A stretch of 64,000 bases of DNA from assembly GCF_009914755.1 (NCBI RefSeq), contig NC_060925.1; one strand, written 5' to 3'. Shown here in pieces: positions 31,459 to 44,102 of this stretch. The position numbers were made by a program, and so were the translations under genes. The number at the start of each line of letters is the position of its first letter. Within the stretch, counting starts at the first letter, position 1. The notes below the pieces were generated by a model that was given only the letters and a program-made list of their open reading frames with translations, did no database searches and was not told the origin of the DNA. The stretch is from the human T2T-CHM13v2.0 reference genome, Homo sapiens.

Positions 31459-33032
31459 ATTGTCCATGGGAGGGATGCAGCTTGTTCCCCAGCCTCTCCC
31501 TGTTTTGGAAGCTCTTCTCTGGCCCCTGCCAAGCTTTGTCTCCAGGACACAGTACTCAGTGTAGTGCTGAGGACAGACATAGAACTGTTTACCAATGCTG
31601 GCCACCTACTCCTGCTTATTTAGCCATGTAGCAGGCTTGCCAAACTAAAAGCTCATTGTTGGCCATTTGCAGTTGGTTTTGATCTTGCAAATTAATTTCT
31701 ATTTCTGATGCCTGCTCTAGTTCCCATGTTTTCACATGCTTCCTGTGATACTCAGTCCCAGAGCTCTCTGTAAGGAAGAGGAGTTAGGAGGAAGAAAGGC
31801 TTTGGAGCTCTCAGGGGGCTTAGGGGTCATCTAGTCCAGGCCCATGCATTGCACCCTGAAGGATCTTTGGTGGGGGTTTGGGGCTCTGTTGGCTCTCTGA
31901 ACTTTTTTGTGTATTTTTCCAGGGGCAAGAGTCCACAGCTGGCATTAGATTTTCCTAGGGGTCCATATCCACCAAAAGGTTAAGACCCTGATTTGGTTCA
32001 ACTCCTCAATTTACAGATGAGAAAATGGGAGTGGATTGACTTGCCTAGGGCCACAGAACAGAGCTAAGATTTGAACTCATGACTTCTTTGTTCCAAGTAG
32101 TTAACAGATGCACATATATTTTGCAAAGTATTCAAAGGTGTTCTTATTGCCAGTGACTTCTGGGATACCACTGGGTTGAGCCACTGGGTGCTAGTGGCCC
32201 TGAGGCCTGCAGTGTACAGAGCTGCTGCACACGAGAGGCTTTGGGCTGCATTTGCGGGCCCGTGACTGGGGGCTGTCAGGAGCTGGCTGCAGCCAGAGGG
32301 GAGAAGCATGGGGGAGATGAGCACTCTCCCTTGTGCTTTTGGGAAGACCAGTAGAGAGAGCTGAGGCGTCAGCAGTCCTGGCTCTCATTCTCCTGCTGCC
32401 TGTCACTTATTCTCTGGGCCTTTTAAGGGAAGAAACTGGTTTTCTGCCTCCATCACCCCAGCTTAATATATTTACACTAACTTTTGCTCCCTTCATCTTC
32501 AACGGGACAAACTTGGCCAGCTCTCTGCCCTTGACATTCAAATAGTTTCTGGAAACCTGGCCTCTCCCATGAGGATAAGAGGCAGACAGCGTCTGCTGCA
32601 CAACCCTATGGAGGTAGAACGCAGCCTTCACCTCTCACTTGGAAATATTTGATCATTTATTTACATCTTAGTTTGGCCTCTTCCAAGGCACCCTGGATCA
32701 TCTCAGCAATCCTTTCAACTACCCTGATAGGTAGATGTTATTAATCACCATTTTACAGAGTGAAAATGGAAACTGAGCAGTCCAGTGACTTGTCCAAGGT
32801 CACAGGGCTGTTAGAGGCGGCACTAGGAATTGAGCCTAGAGCTTTGCCTCCAAGTCTAGTATATCTTTTCCCCTGCCTCTTCCTGCCCTAGGAGTCCACG
32901 TGTTTCTTGTTTGTGGTCTTTTCATCCTCTTAAGACTTTCAGGTGAGCGCCACGAAGTGGTTAGCTACAGAGGCCTCAGCCAGGGCATTCAGGGATGGGC
33001 GGCAGGAAGCTCGGGGTTGGAATTCCTCACTT

Positions 33033-33217
33033 GGGAACGCCTCTTTGCTGAGAGGCACACAGAGACCATCGTGAAGGGGAAATTGAATGCTTCTCCCAGG
33101 AGAGCTCCACTTCCGTGGAGCTCAGACTCTGAGGGGTCAGGATCTCCTATGGGAGCAGTGGGGGATTGGAGGAGGTCCTGACCCCGTGGTACTGCCCAGC
33201 AGGAGGCCGAGTGTCAC
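33033..33217. repeat. 185-bp duplicated hairpin-rich element, copy 2
   Basis: 184/185 identical to 31274-31458. Confidence 0.95.
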
Positions 33218-33652
33218 TGTGCTGCCCCACTCTTAGCCTCCCCATTGCCATAGCATTTTATTTCCCTGTTCCTTCAGCAGACAGTCACTATCTCTTACCC
33301 CTCAGTCCCTTCCTGACTGGCCATTAGCATATCAGGTCTTCCCAGTCCCTATGACAATTTTTTAAAAGGTAAAAATATAAACAGATCATTTTTAGTCACT
33401 GTAAAGTGCCACCAACACCATCACTGACTTCTCAGCTGAAACACAAAAACTTAGCAGGGACATTTGAGCAGCAAGTTAGACTCCATCAAGGACAGGGGAT
33501 GGGGGCTCTCACGAATGATCTCCAGCCTAATCACCAATCCTATAGAGTCTTTAGCTCTGCAGAAAACCTGAGGCGCCGTTCAGGAAGGTGGCGATGTCTT
33601 CCCCAACTCCCACCACCCGGCCTCCCCACCCTCCCCACCTGCCATGGGTCAC

Positions 33653-33797
33653 CTTCTATAGGGGGCAGGAGCTGGGGAGTGGGGCTGCCAGCCCCCTGTC
33701 CAGGTGAAGCCTGGGGTGGTTCAGCATCCGCTGGGCTGGCTTCTTTCACCTTCAGCTTGGATCCTGCGGCCACCTCCGGAGCTGTGGCTGCCTCCAT
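33653..33797 (-). CDS. MYBPHL: MYBPHL exon 1 coding, Pro/Ala-rich MEAATAPEVAAG...LLPPIE
   Basis: agcATGG Kozak; G|gtgac donor. Confidence 0.93.
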
Positions 33798-33799
33798 GC

Positions 33800-34580
33800 T
33801 GGGCCTTCCCAGAGGCTGAGCTCCAGCTCTAGATTTTCACTGCTGGTGATGAGGGAGGGGCTGAGCACCTGCTCCCAGGCTGGCCTCCCGGGTCCCAGCC
33901 ACAGGGTTACGTAACTGGGCTGGCCCTCCCCACTCAGCTACGCCCAGCAGAAAGGCTGAAGTAGGGGTTGGGGGAGAGAGGAGGATCAGACAGCAGCCCA
34001 GAATAGCCCCAGGAGGACTGAGGTGTCCCTGTTATCTCGGGAGAGAGATGACACCCCCCACAGCACCAGGGAGGGAGAGCTTGAACACACCATCCAAAAG
34101 GGACCTCTAATTTCTGTAGGGAGGGTTGAGTGACATCTCTGCTCCTGACCTCCAGTTCATCCCGTGGGGCATTCAGGTCCCAAAGAAGGGGCCCAGGATT
34201 AGCTGACTCACAGCAACGCCTGAACTGCTCTTTCTCCCTCTGCTCCCACATTCAATGAATTGTAAAGTCTTATCAACTCGACCTTTACAGGGCCTGTCCC
34301 ATCCTACCCCGCTCCCCGGGGGCAGCGGGCACAGCGCAGTGGTAGGTGGAGACTGCACTCGCACTGGCTGCCCAGGTGCCACTTGGGGCTCTGTCACCAA
34401 CTAGCTGTGTGACTCACAACACCTCACAGTCTCTCTTCAGTCTGTTTCCTCATCTGTAAAATGGAGATAATTATAACCATAGGGTCGTTGTGAGGATTAA
34501 AGAGGTAATCTCTGTAAAGTGCTTAGCAGAGTGTAGCCGACTAAGTGCTTGATAAATGTAAGCTATTTTTAGGTCAGGCC
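33800..34580 (-). promoter_or_regulatory. MYBPHL: MYBPHL proximal promoter
   Basis: Upstream of ATG; GTTACGTAAC 33906, AGGTGT 34021, GATA 34032, MEF2 CTATTTTTAG 34563. Confidence 0.6.
34375..34570 (+). mobile_element. MIR
   Basis: agctgtgtgac...tttcctcatctgtaaaatggagataa...gtgaggattaaa. Confidence 0.8.
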
Positions 34581-36384
34581 AGCACTTCCCCCTTTGAGAG
34601 CTGTCAATGGCTGCCTTGCCTATTAGATGAAGTACAAATAAAGGGAGAGGCAGCAGTGGTGGAGGGAGGCGAGCTCAGAGACCTGCGTGTGACTTCTGGC
34701 TGTACCACTCACTCACCAGCTGGGACTCTGGGCAAATGGCCGACTCGGAGTCTCAAGTCCCAGTCTATGAAACAAGGGATGATGCCATGATTGTGTTGAG
34801 GATAAAATGATACAATCTATAGGAAAGTGGCCAGCTCACAGCAGGTGCTAGTCACATACTACAGGTCCTACATGATTTCCAGACTTAGCAAACCATCTTT
34901 CTATACGTGTTGTACATGCCATGGACACTGCCACCTATCATACTCCTACCTTCTTATCTCCAGAAGCCAGCATCCCTCTGCATTTTAAAATGCTTTAATT
35001 TTAGAGCAGTTTGAGAGTCACGGCAAAGCTGAGTGGAAAGTATAGGGTTCCCACAGCCCCCTACTCACCCCTGTATTTTTTTCATGGAAAAAAAATGGGT
35101 GCAGTTGAACAAATGGACTGACTTCTTACTCATTTTTGCCTTCAATTTTGGGGTAATTGGTAAGATCCCAGGAGCCTGTGTTATCTTGGGGTGACAGAAG
35201 CTCAGCCTCTTTGTAACTGGTATAGGAGCTAAGGCCCAGGACAATCTGTTTATTGGGGCCTTGGATGGCCTATGGGGTTGATTTGGTTGGCAGAAGACTG
35301 GGTTTTTGCTGTATCAGAACTAGCTTGAAGGTCTTTCTGAACTATTTTTCCTGCTTGACCCAGCCAAGGCCCCGTAAGTGTGGACAGTCTCCTAGCCAGG
35401 AGACCCCAAATACACCCCCTTTTACACAACACGTAACCCATCTTTTGGTGAGGAAATTGGCCCAGGCTGAGTCTTAGCCCTTTGTTGGAGCGAAGGTGTA
35501 AAGAATCAACTTTAAGATGCAGGTTCCTAAGGTTTGCCCATCAGAAAGTCTAATTCAATAGGTCTGGGGTGCTATCCAGAAATCTGCACCTAAAAAAACC
35601 AACCTAGTGACTCTGGCGCAGGAAATCTTGGAATACCATGTTAGATAGAATTCCTTCAAATAAAACAACGATCTTAGATAATGTCCTGGGGTAGGAACTC
35701 GCCCATCAGATGGGCCTCAGGAACAAGGGCTTTGCCCTGTCATCTTCAGACCAAGGTGCTGGAGTATTACATGGAATATTGCCCCAGGCTAGCAGGGTAG
35801 GATGGCTAACGGTTCCAGACGGGTGGGCAGGAACCTCTCTTAAATGCTTTGCAAGAGAGGAAGGCTGCAACTCTCCAAAGGTCCTTAAATGAAAGGGACA
35901 AGAAAGGGCCCGTAAGAACAGCAAGAGAAATGTAAGAGGAGCAGATGGGAAGTTACAAAGCTGAACTTCTCAGTGCCGCCAGGGGTCAAACCTGCTCAAA
36001 AGAACACAGAATTCAAGGAGTAATTATCTGTTGCTGTGTCCAGAAGGAAGAGTGTAGCAACTGAAACCTGTGAAGGTATGTGGGGTGGGTGCCTAGACTT
36101 TCTAGGAGGAAGAACAAGAAAGCTGGTCGTATACACACCCACGGGAGGAAGATCTGTATGAGCACTAAGAGCAAGAAAATGAAGAACAAGAAAATTAGGT
36201 AATTTATGGCTCACATTTTTGTGAGACGTTTTCCTCATAGATGACCGAATACATTTCATGCTATAAATGTACAGTCCTGGCTCTTTAAATGGCTTGTTCT
36301 CTGGTTGCTGGAGTCTGATTCTGAAGCAAGAAAACTGGAAAAAGTATATCAACAAACTGTAGCTTAGTCATTTCAGTAGGTCAG

Positions 36385-39300
36385 GTAACAAAGTCCAGTC
36401 TGTTTTATTTTTAACCCAAATATTCCAAATATACAGAAAATTACCAGTACAAAGTTAAACACATTCAGATTTATTTACACAATGCTAAAGAAATTTGAGT
36501 TTTATTTCCATTTTGTGGAATTTTATCATGGGGTCTGGCTTTAATGTGTAACTGACGTGGGTCACTGAAACTCGATTATCCCACCTCACATGCAATTTTC
36601 TGTCCTAAGGGAATAGAAAACTTGGGTTTTTAGGGCACATGCAGTAATGATCTTAATACTGCTTTACACTTTCGTGGGAAGGCAGCTGTCCCACAGCCTG
36701 GGGAAGGACCACATGCTCAGAAAGGGAACAAGAGAGAGGGCTGAACAACAGGCACATGGGGACCCTGAGCATTTCTGTGCACGAGGATAAGGAGAGTATG
36801 ACCAAAACCCTCCTCCCTAGAGGTCCAAACACAGGAGGTGGGCCAAATCATCAGGGAACAGTCAGTCACCCGCTTGTGGCTGAGGGCATGCGGAGGATGA
36901 GAACTACATTAAGGATCTGGGGCATAGCAATAAATCATTACCATGTACACTATACAGTTTATATATGTATATATGTACACACACATATATATAAAGGTAC
37001 AGATTAGTTTATGTTATTCCTTATAAACAAGTACACTTAAGAATGTACTGGTGTGAAGAAATGCATACTGCAAGTTGTTTCGAATTAATGTTCTGACTCT
37101 TGTTATTATAATGCAACCTAACCAAGAAATCAACATGCTCCTGCTATTTCAATGATGCTTCATGAGGGCAAGGCCTGGGCTCTGCTAGGGCAGGATGGTG
37201 CTCCTAGAGCTACCTGAGCTGGACAAACCCATGGCAGACAGAACAGAAAGTCTGGCACCTGCTGACTCCGGCCCTCCCTGTCACTTCATCACACAGCAAA
37301 TCTTAAAACTTTGGTTTTTTCAAAGAACATTTAAGTCCATGTTCATTTTCCTGCTTCAGGGAAGATGGTAGCAAAGTTGAAAGCCGAATCCCTTCCTATT
37401 TTAGCACTTCCAAGTATCCTGGATGAATATAGGGGCGAGGGGCTACACTGACAATGAGCAGGATGCACTCTAGGTCATTGTGGACAGGCACGGAGCTCTT
37501 GAGAGCACTGCTCAAAGGAAAGAGGGAATCTCTATCTGGATGGTTGGCCTGGAAACTAAATAATGACTAATGCCAGGCCAGCCCCGTTACCCTGGGGTGG
37601 GTATGGATGGCCCTGGGCTCCCCTCCGTATCCTGGTATCGTGACGAAGGCCATGAGAACCAGCTCTGGTTTACAGACTCGATGCAGGAGCTGGAGGTGGC
37701 CAGCACATTACCAGCCTGTCAAGGATGAAAGACCACCTTGGGCATGGAGAGGCCCAGAGGCAAGCATCAGAGCAAGAGAGAGGAGGTGGGAAGTCCATTC
37801 AGAGGCAGACGTAGATTCTACGTTCCAGTTACGGCTGATCTATGGACTCTCCTGAGCCCGCCCCCAGAACTGCCGCAACTCTCCAAAGGCTTTTATTCTT
37901 TGAAATAGAGTTGCCATTGAATTAAAAGCCTACAGGAGAGACGGGCCTGGTCTGTGGTCTCACTAAAGCCCAATGCCCAATTAGGTCCAGAGAAGAAAGA
38001 AGAGTGAGTTCCCTACCTGGATTTAAGAACTCGGACCACTTTGGACTGGTTTGTCCAATCTCTCTTATAATGCTAAATTCCATTGCTGAAGCCTCCAGAA
38101 ATGATCTCTTCTGCTACATCAAGCCTGGGAGTTTACACAATGATACACTATGTTTTACCTTCAAAGATAATGCTCCTAACATGAGTAGGACAAATTAGAA
38201 ATCTATTTTTTTAGAAGCTGTAACAGATTTGGGCTTTCTTACTCTCTGGCTGAGGGCACACATTTGTGAGTGAGCAGGTTGATAAAGAAAGCTAACTAGC
38301 CAATAATGAGAATGAGCCAGGCTGGCTGTCAGTCTTCAAACCAACAGAGCTAGCCAGCCCGGGGTGGAAACCAGGATGGGGAGGGAGACCCATCAGTGGA
38401 GAGTCCACTCCTGCACTCTTGAGCAGTGACCCTCAATGAGGGGAGGGGCAGTTTCTGCAAACGTATTTAAAATTCCCATTACTTTTGTTTTCAGCCATGA
38501 AAGACAGGAAAATACAATTTTCTGTTCACCAAGGTGGCAAAAAGGTGCTAAATACTGCTAGGAAACAAATGCCACTGATCCCTGTCATAAAGAACAGCAA
38601 GTCATCTACAAGAAGGCAGCCTTGCTCAAAGTGGTTAGCACTCGCATGTGTAAAGATTTCCAAGAGTTCTGAAGACAGCCAGCCAGCACTGCTTATCACA
38701 CACACGGGGACCCTGAACAACTGACTCCATCCCAAGAACATTGTGAGGTTCAAATGACATTATGTGAGTGAAGGTGCTCTGAAAATTTGCCAAGTTCCAC
38801 AGAAATCCCAGATATCATTAAAAGCGAAGAGCCCTATCGTATATGGTTAGAGAAGAATATTGAGTTTCCTACGTCTTAAAATGAGTAAGAGGATTACCAT
38901 GTATTGGTGCATCTGCCCACAGTGAGTACATGCTGGGAGAAAGGTGAGTGGTATAAACAGTTCTTTTCTGAGTACCAAATTCACTTTGGGCAGGAGGGAG
39001 GGTGGGGCAGAGGCTGACGTTTTCATTTGTGAGCTGGTGTATCTTCGGAATTATTTTTAATTTTAAAACCATGCAAAATGAATAAGCAAAAAGACTAGTG
39101 CACTCCAGCCCTAACCATATTATCTTCACAAAAACTGCCTCAACTTTATTTTCTAACTGAAGCTCCCTGACTCATTTCATTCTACTGCAGTTTTAACATC
39201 TCTAAAAGTCTCCATCCACTCTCTCCCCCACTTTCCACGCAGCTGTTAATCCATTCTGGGGAGGAGAGAACTTAGCCATCTGCTCACATTCTGACTAAAG

Positions 39301-40845
39301 TTAATTTGGCACTTCAAATAAAAAAAAAAAAAACACACAAAACTGACTTTCTAGCCACAAAATAAACTAGTAGCAAATGGTATCTACCAAAGAATGTCCC
39401 AGTCATAATCATTGGGAGAAACTGTGACCCGCACAGTAGCTACATTAAGACCAAAAACTTTCCATACTATATTTCTATATAGCAAATATTCAAGCTGTAT
39501 TAAAACTAATTATTGCAGCTTTCCATTACTATATGGCCACCCCAAAATCCACCCAACTACATTCTATAATTTATTTAATTTAGAGAAGTATCAAATGGAA
39601 AACTTCTTTTAATCCAAAATAAGAACTTAATGTATCACACAAAGCATCATCTAGACTGGAAGTGTGTTTTCAATTGGTTCCTCCAAAATTTTCGTGTCAA
39701 CAAATTACTTGGCAAAGTCAGAAAAAAGGGGTGAGAAGGAAAGCCTGGTAATAAAATTCTAATTTTTTAAGTCTATAAATCTGAAAAAATCTCTAGTCCT
39801 GGTTCCATGTACAACAGCAACCTAAGAAGCAGCAGATAGGCAGCCATTGTCATGATTTAGCAACGAGCCACACGACAGTTAAGAAGGGAACATGGAAGAC
39901 TGTGAGGTTCCGTCTTCGGGGGTTCACACTGTGTACCCGACAATCAACTCTAGGGAAGAGATCATTCAGCCTGGGCAGACTTCCAGCTAAGTTTGTACCC
40001 TGTCCTTGCGTAAGTCTACTGGCACACACACAAAGCACAGCTTGAAAAATCTCAGAAGAAGCAAGAGTTCTCTTTTAATAGGTGCTATATCTAGTCAATT
40101 CTCTGCTGCTCCCTTCTTCCTGCCCCAAGTTAAAAATATTGCCCTGTAAGTTTTCCTGATGTACTGTGTGGGAAGCACATGGTTAAGTTAGTTGCCAAAG
40201 GGCAATTAACAAGGGTATTGCCTAATTAAACAAGGGAAAAGAAAAATCACTGTGGTCTGTGGTCTCTGAAAAAAAAAAAAAGAGTAAGTGGGATCTGTGT
40301 GAGGAGCTGGTGTGCAGTGTTCTTGGAGTAGGACTGTCCCCAGATGGAGAAAAGCCGGCCAGGCTGTGCCAGCCTCTGCAGCCTGTTTTCATCTCTACAG
40401 CTGTTTCGTCTCGCCAGCAGAGCCCAGGGATGGTACCAAGTACACTGTGAGAGCTGATACTGGAGTTGGCAGATGCCCTGGGGCAGGCACCATGCAGAAC
40501 ACACAGAAGTGGGGTTAGTGAAAAGGTCCCTTCGAATTCCATTTCGTTTCCCTTAAAAAACAAAAACAAAAGCCCATACTTTGCAAAGAGACAGGACGAG
40601 AAATAAGAAGTTAAAGAATTTAAAATGTCTCCCTTTTTCTCAGAGCCAATTGTAAAAAAGTGCTCAGGGTTCCCCACCCCCACCCTGCATTTCTTTAGTG
40701 TAGGTCCTTTTGGCTTTGATGGAAGCAGCAGAAACAGAGCTGGGTCCCTCGCAATGGGAAATTTATTTCCTGAAGTTGGAGCCACAGGGAGTGTAAGAGG
40801 TACTGTGGTTCCACCATCCATGCTGGGTCCAGCTCCTCTGAAGAG
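36385..40845 (-). other. SORT1: SORT1 3'UTR (~4.5 kb)
   Basis: Repeat-poor sequence after the stop; distal AATAAA cluster at ~36404, ~36470, ~36501. Confidence 0.85.
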
Positions 40846-40860
40846 CTATTCCAAGAGGTC
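40846..40860 (-). CDS. SORT1: SORT1 exon 20 coding DLLE-stop (completes the DXXLL sorting motif)
   Basis: tttttcag|GAC CTC TTG GAA TAG. Confidence 0.95.
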   Translation of the reverse strand, partial: DLLE

Positions 40861-41064
40861 CTGAAAAAGACATGCACCATATTACCGACAGACCACAACA
40901 CTCCTATTTCAAAAGCAATCACCTAGTTTCTGGGCTTGCCAAATCTTATGGTCATTAAGTCGCCTTGGCCCTGGCATATCTTGATCATGAATAGAAGACA
41001 GACTTTATTTTCTTGTATTTTTTGGGGGGGGGGGGTACTACCATTCAAGAAGAAATAGCCTCAC

Positions 41065-41188
41065 CTCATCTGAGTCATCATGATAACCACTTTTATTAGT
41101 GTGGGAGGCTGTGTCCAAAGCATCCACACCATCCACACCATTGGCCTCTGCATGCTGCTGCAGCACAGAGTATCGATGCACCAGGAAC
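41065..41188 (-). CDS. SORT1: SORT1 exon 19 cytoplasmic tail (R)FLVHRYSVL...GYHDDSDE
   Basis: YSVL and acidic-cluster motifs; splice sites. Confidence 0.96.
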
Positions 41189-41475
41189 CTGTGAACAGAA
41201 ACCTCCTTAACACTCGGTGGTACACAGCAGGGGTGCACTTCTTACAGGACTGTGGACTTTCTCAGTTTTATACACTCAGGAACGCATCACAGACACAGAA
41301 AGCACAGTCCATGGTTGACATATGAAAAATGTACGACATGAGAAGATTTGGGCCTGATTTTTCAGGAACAGTACTGCAAGTACCTAGTTTTTGCCAAGAG
41401 TAGACTCAGCCATATGCCCTAGATCAGCCTTCTGGCTTGAACTCAGTACCTTGGATTGACTTCTGTGTTCCTTAC

Positions 41476-41582
41476 CTTCCCCCACAGACATATTTCTTCA
41501 CAATGAGCACTCCTGCTACGACTGTGACCAGCATCAATCCCACGATGGCCAGGATAATTGGAACAGAATTTGACTTGGAATT
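41476..41582 (-). CDS. SORT1: SORT1 exon 18 transmembrane [35 protein letters not shown](R)
   Basis: Hydrophobic helix; phase fits. Confidence 0.96.
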
Positions 41583-42102
41583 CTTGAGAAATTAAAACAC
41601 AAACACAAAAGTTTTAGGCATGCATATCCTAGGACTGAGGTCAAGGCAGCCACTCATTCCCCTCATCTCTTTGTGAATGATCTGCAGTCCTGATGCGCTT
41701 AATGATGGCTCTTTTCCAACCCCCCAAGATGAACCATCTCAGTGTTACCAGGAGAATATTATAGCTGGCAGAGAGTCATCTTAGCTCCAACTGCCTTGAA
41801 CCTTCAAATTCTGTGGTTTAAATGTCAAAGTTACACTGGAAGCCTGGGCAACTGCCTAGATCAAGTATGATTGCTTCACACTACCACTGTTCACAAGTCT
41901 TGGGGCTTAAGGGTGGAGTAGGAAAGGGAGACTACTGTAACAGTAGGCTGAATGACTCTAGAACAGGGCCATTATCTGGGAAGAAGCTGTGTCAGAAGAA
42001 CCAGGCAGGCCATTATATGACACCAAGATTTATTTGTTTACTTAATTTTTTATATATTATTATAAATAAGCCTTATCATATCACTGTTTGCATGTGACCT
42101 AC

Positions 42103-42201
42103 CTGCTTCTGGGTGGGAAATAGGGAGTGTGTGTTTTCAATGTATCCCAGAGGAGGCAGAGCTGGATTCTAGGACAAGCTGTGTCCCTGTGGGTGGGAGT
42201 C
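42103..42201 (-). other. SORT1: SORT1 alternative exon 17b (99 nt, in-frame TAG at codon 11)
   Basis: gcacag|GAC TCC CAC...TCC TAG...AAG CAG|gtagg; UG repeats just upstream; resembles the rodent 17b peptide as recalled. Confidence 0.88.
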
Positions 42202-42551
42202 CTGTGCAATCACACACACGAACACTCTGAGGAGAGTCACCAGGAGCCCAGGACAAGGGTGCACAGAAGGAGGAACTCGCCCCCTTACCAATACACACAC
42301 CCACACACTCCTCTCCCATCATCTCCTTAATCCCACCCCTTGTCAGTCCCTCATCCCTTAGAACAGCAGAGAGGAGGGACTGCAGGTGATCCAGCTTGAC
42401 CTCTCCTATTACGAATTGGGAAACGGGCCTGCTGTTGAGCATCTGAAGTCATGCTGCTGGTCTAGTGTTTCATTATCAAGAGGTTTCCTCTTTACACATC
42501 TCCAGTTCCACAGGTAGTTCAGTGCTACAGATTTGGATGCAGCCTCATAAC

Positions 42552-42862
42552 CTTTTTTTTTTTTTTTTTTTTTTAAATTGAGACAGGATCTCACTCTGTC
42601 ACCCAGGCTGGAGTGCAGTGATATGATCATGGCTCACTGCAGCCTTGACCTCCCAGGCTCAGGTGATTCTCTCCCTTCAGCCTCCTGAGTAGCTGGGACT
42701 ACAGGCACACACCACCACATCCGGCTAATTTTTGTATTTTTTTTGTAAAGATGGAGTTTCTCCATGTTGCCCAGGCTGCTCTCCAATTCATAGCCTCAAC
42801 TGATCTCCCCACCTCAGCCTCCCAAAGTGCTGGGACTATACAGGAGTAAGCCACCATGCCCG
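42552..42862 (-). mobile_element. Alu (AluJ)
   Basis: Reverse dimer. Confidence 0.88.
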
Positions 42863-42936
42863 ACAGGTAACTTGCTTCATTTAAATCAAAACCAGCCCAT
42901 TACCATAGCTCAATTTTTCACTTTGAACATACTTAA

Positions 42937-43335
<399 letters not shown>

Positions 43336-43653
43336 CACAGACAACCTTTTTGTTTTCCTAAATGACTCTCAGCCTCAGAAATTTCCACAACTGTATGATT
43401 TTAAGAATTTTACAACTTTACAGAATATCATCCCCCAACCCTCAATAAGAAAAGAGCTTTCAGTAGGGTGAGCTTATCACTGGGTTACATGACCCATCCT
43501 TCATGCTAACAGCTTCCTGTATAAGGGAAGCCTGAGAGAAGTAGTTTGACCACTTTTTATCAGTAACAAAACTCTTGATGCTTTAACTTTGATTTTTCTT
43601 AGCAGAACACAAAATCCCATTTGTACCTGAAAACTAGACCTATTTTAACATAC

Positions 43654-43762
43654 CTGTTTTTCCGGACTCAAAAAGTTGCTTGTGCATTTCTTTTTCAAGT
43701 CTTTTACTTCTCGAACTGGATTTACCCCACCCTGGCATTTGTCCCCTGGAATTTTCCGGTAC
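43654..43762 (-). CDS. SORT1: SORT1 exon 17 (G)[12 protein letters not shown]...LSPEKQ
   Basis: 10CC module; splice sites. Confidence 0.96.
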
Positions 43763-44102
43763 CTACCAGGCAAAGAAGATTTGGTAACAGAAGATAAGGA
43801 TGTATTCCTGGGTACCTGCCTATTTCTTGGAAACAAGATTTGAAAAGCTGCCGAAAAGCTTCCCATCCTTACGTCATGTTTCAGGCCTGGGGGGAATGTC
43901 CACAGGGATGTTTTGGGGGATATTTTGTGTAGTTTCAGGCCTTAAGCAAACTAAGCATCTCTGTCCCCTGCTGTCAGAAACATGCCTGTTCTTTCTACCT
44001 AAGAGACTGTGCCAAAGAAATCTGACCCCAAAAAAGCTCATTAACAAGTGGTACAAAATGGGAGAGGGGAAGTTATCAGGGGAGCGAGGTAATGAGGCCC
44101 GT

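Noticed and set aside
40222-40821. 199-aa ATG ORF just after the SORT1 stop
   Set aside because: Lies in the 3'UTR, runs through T-rich tracts, no protein-like features; would need ribosome profiling support
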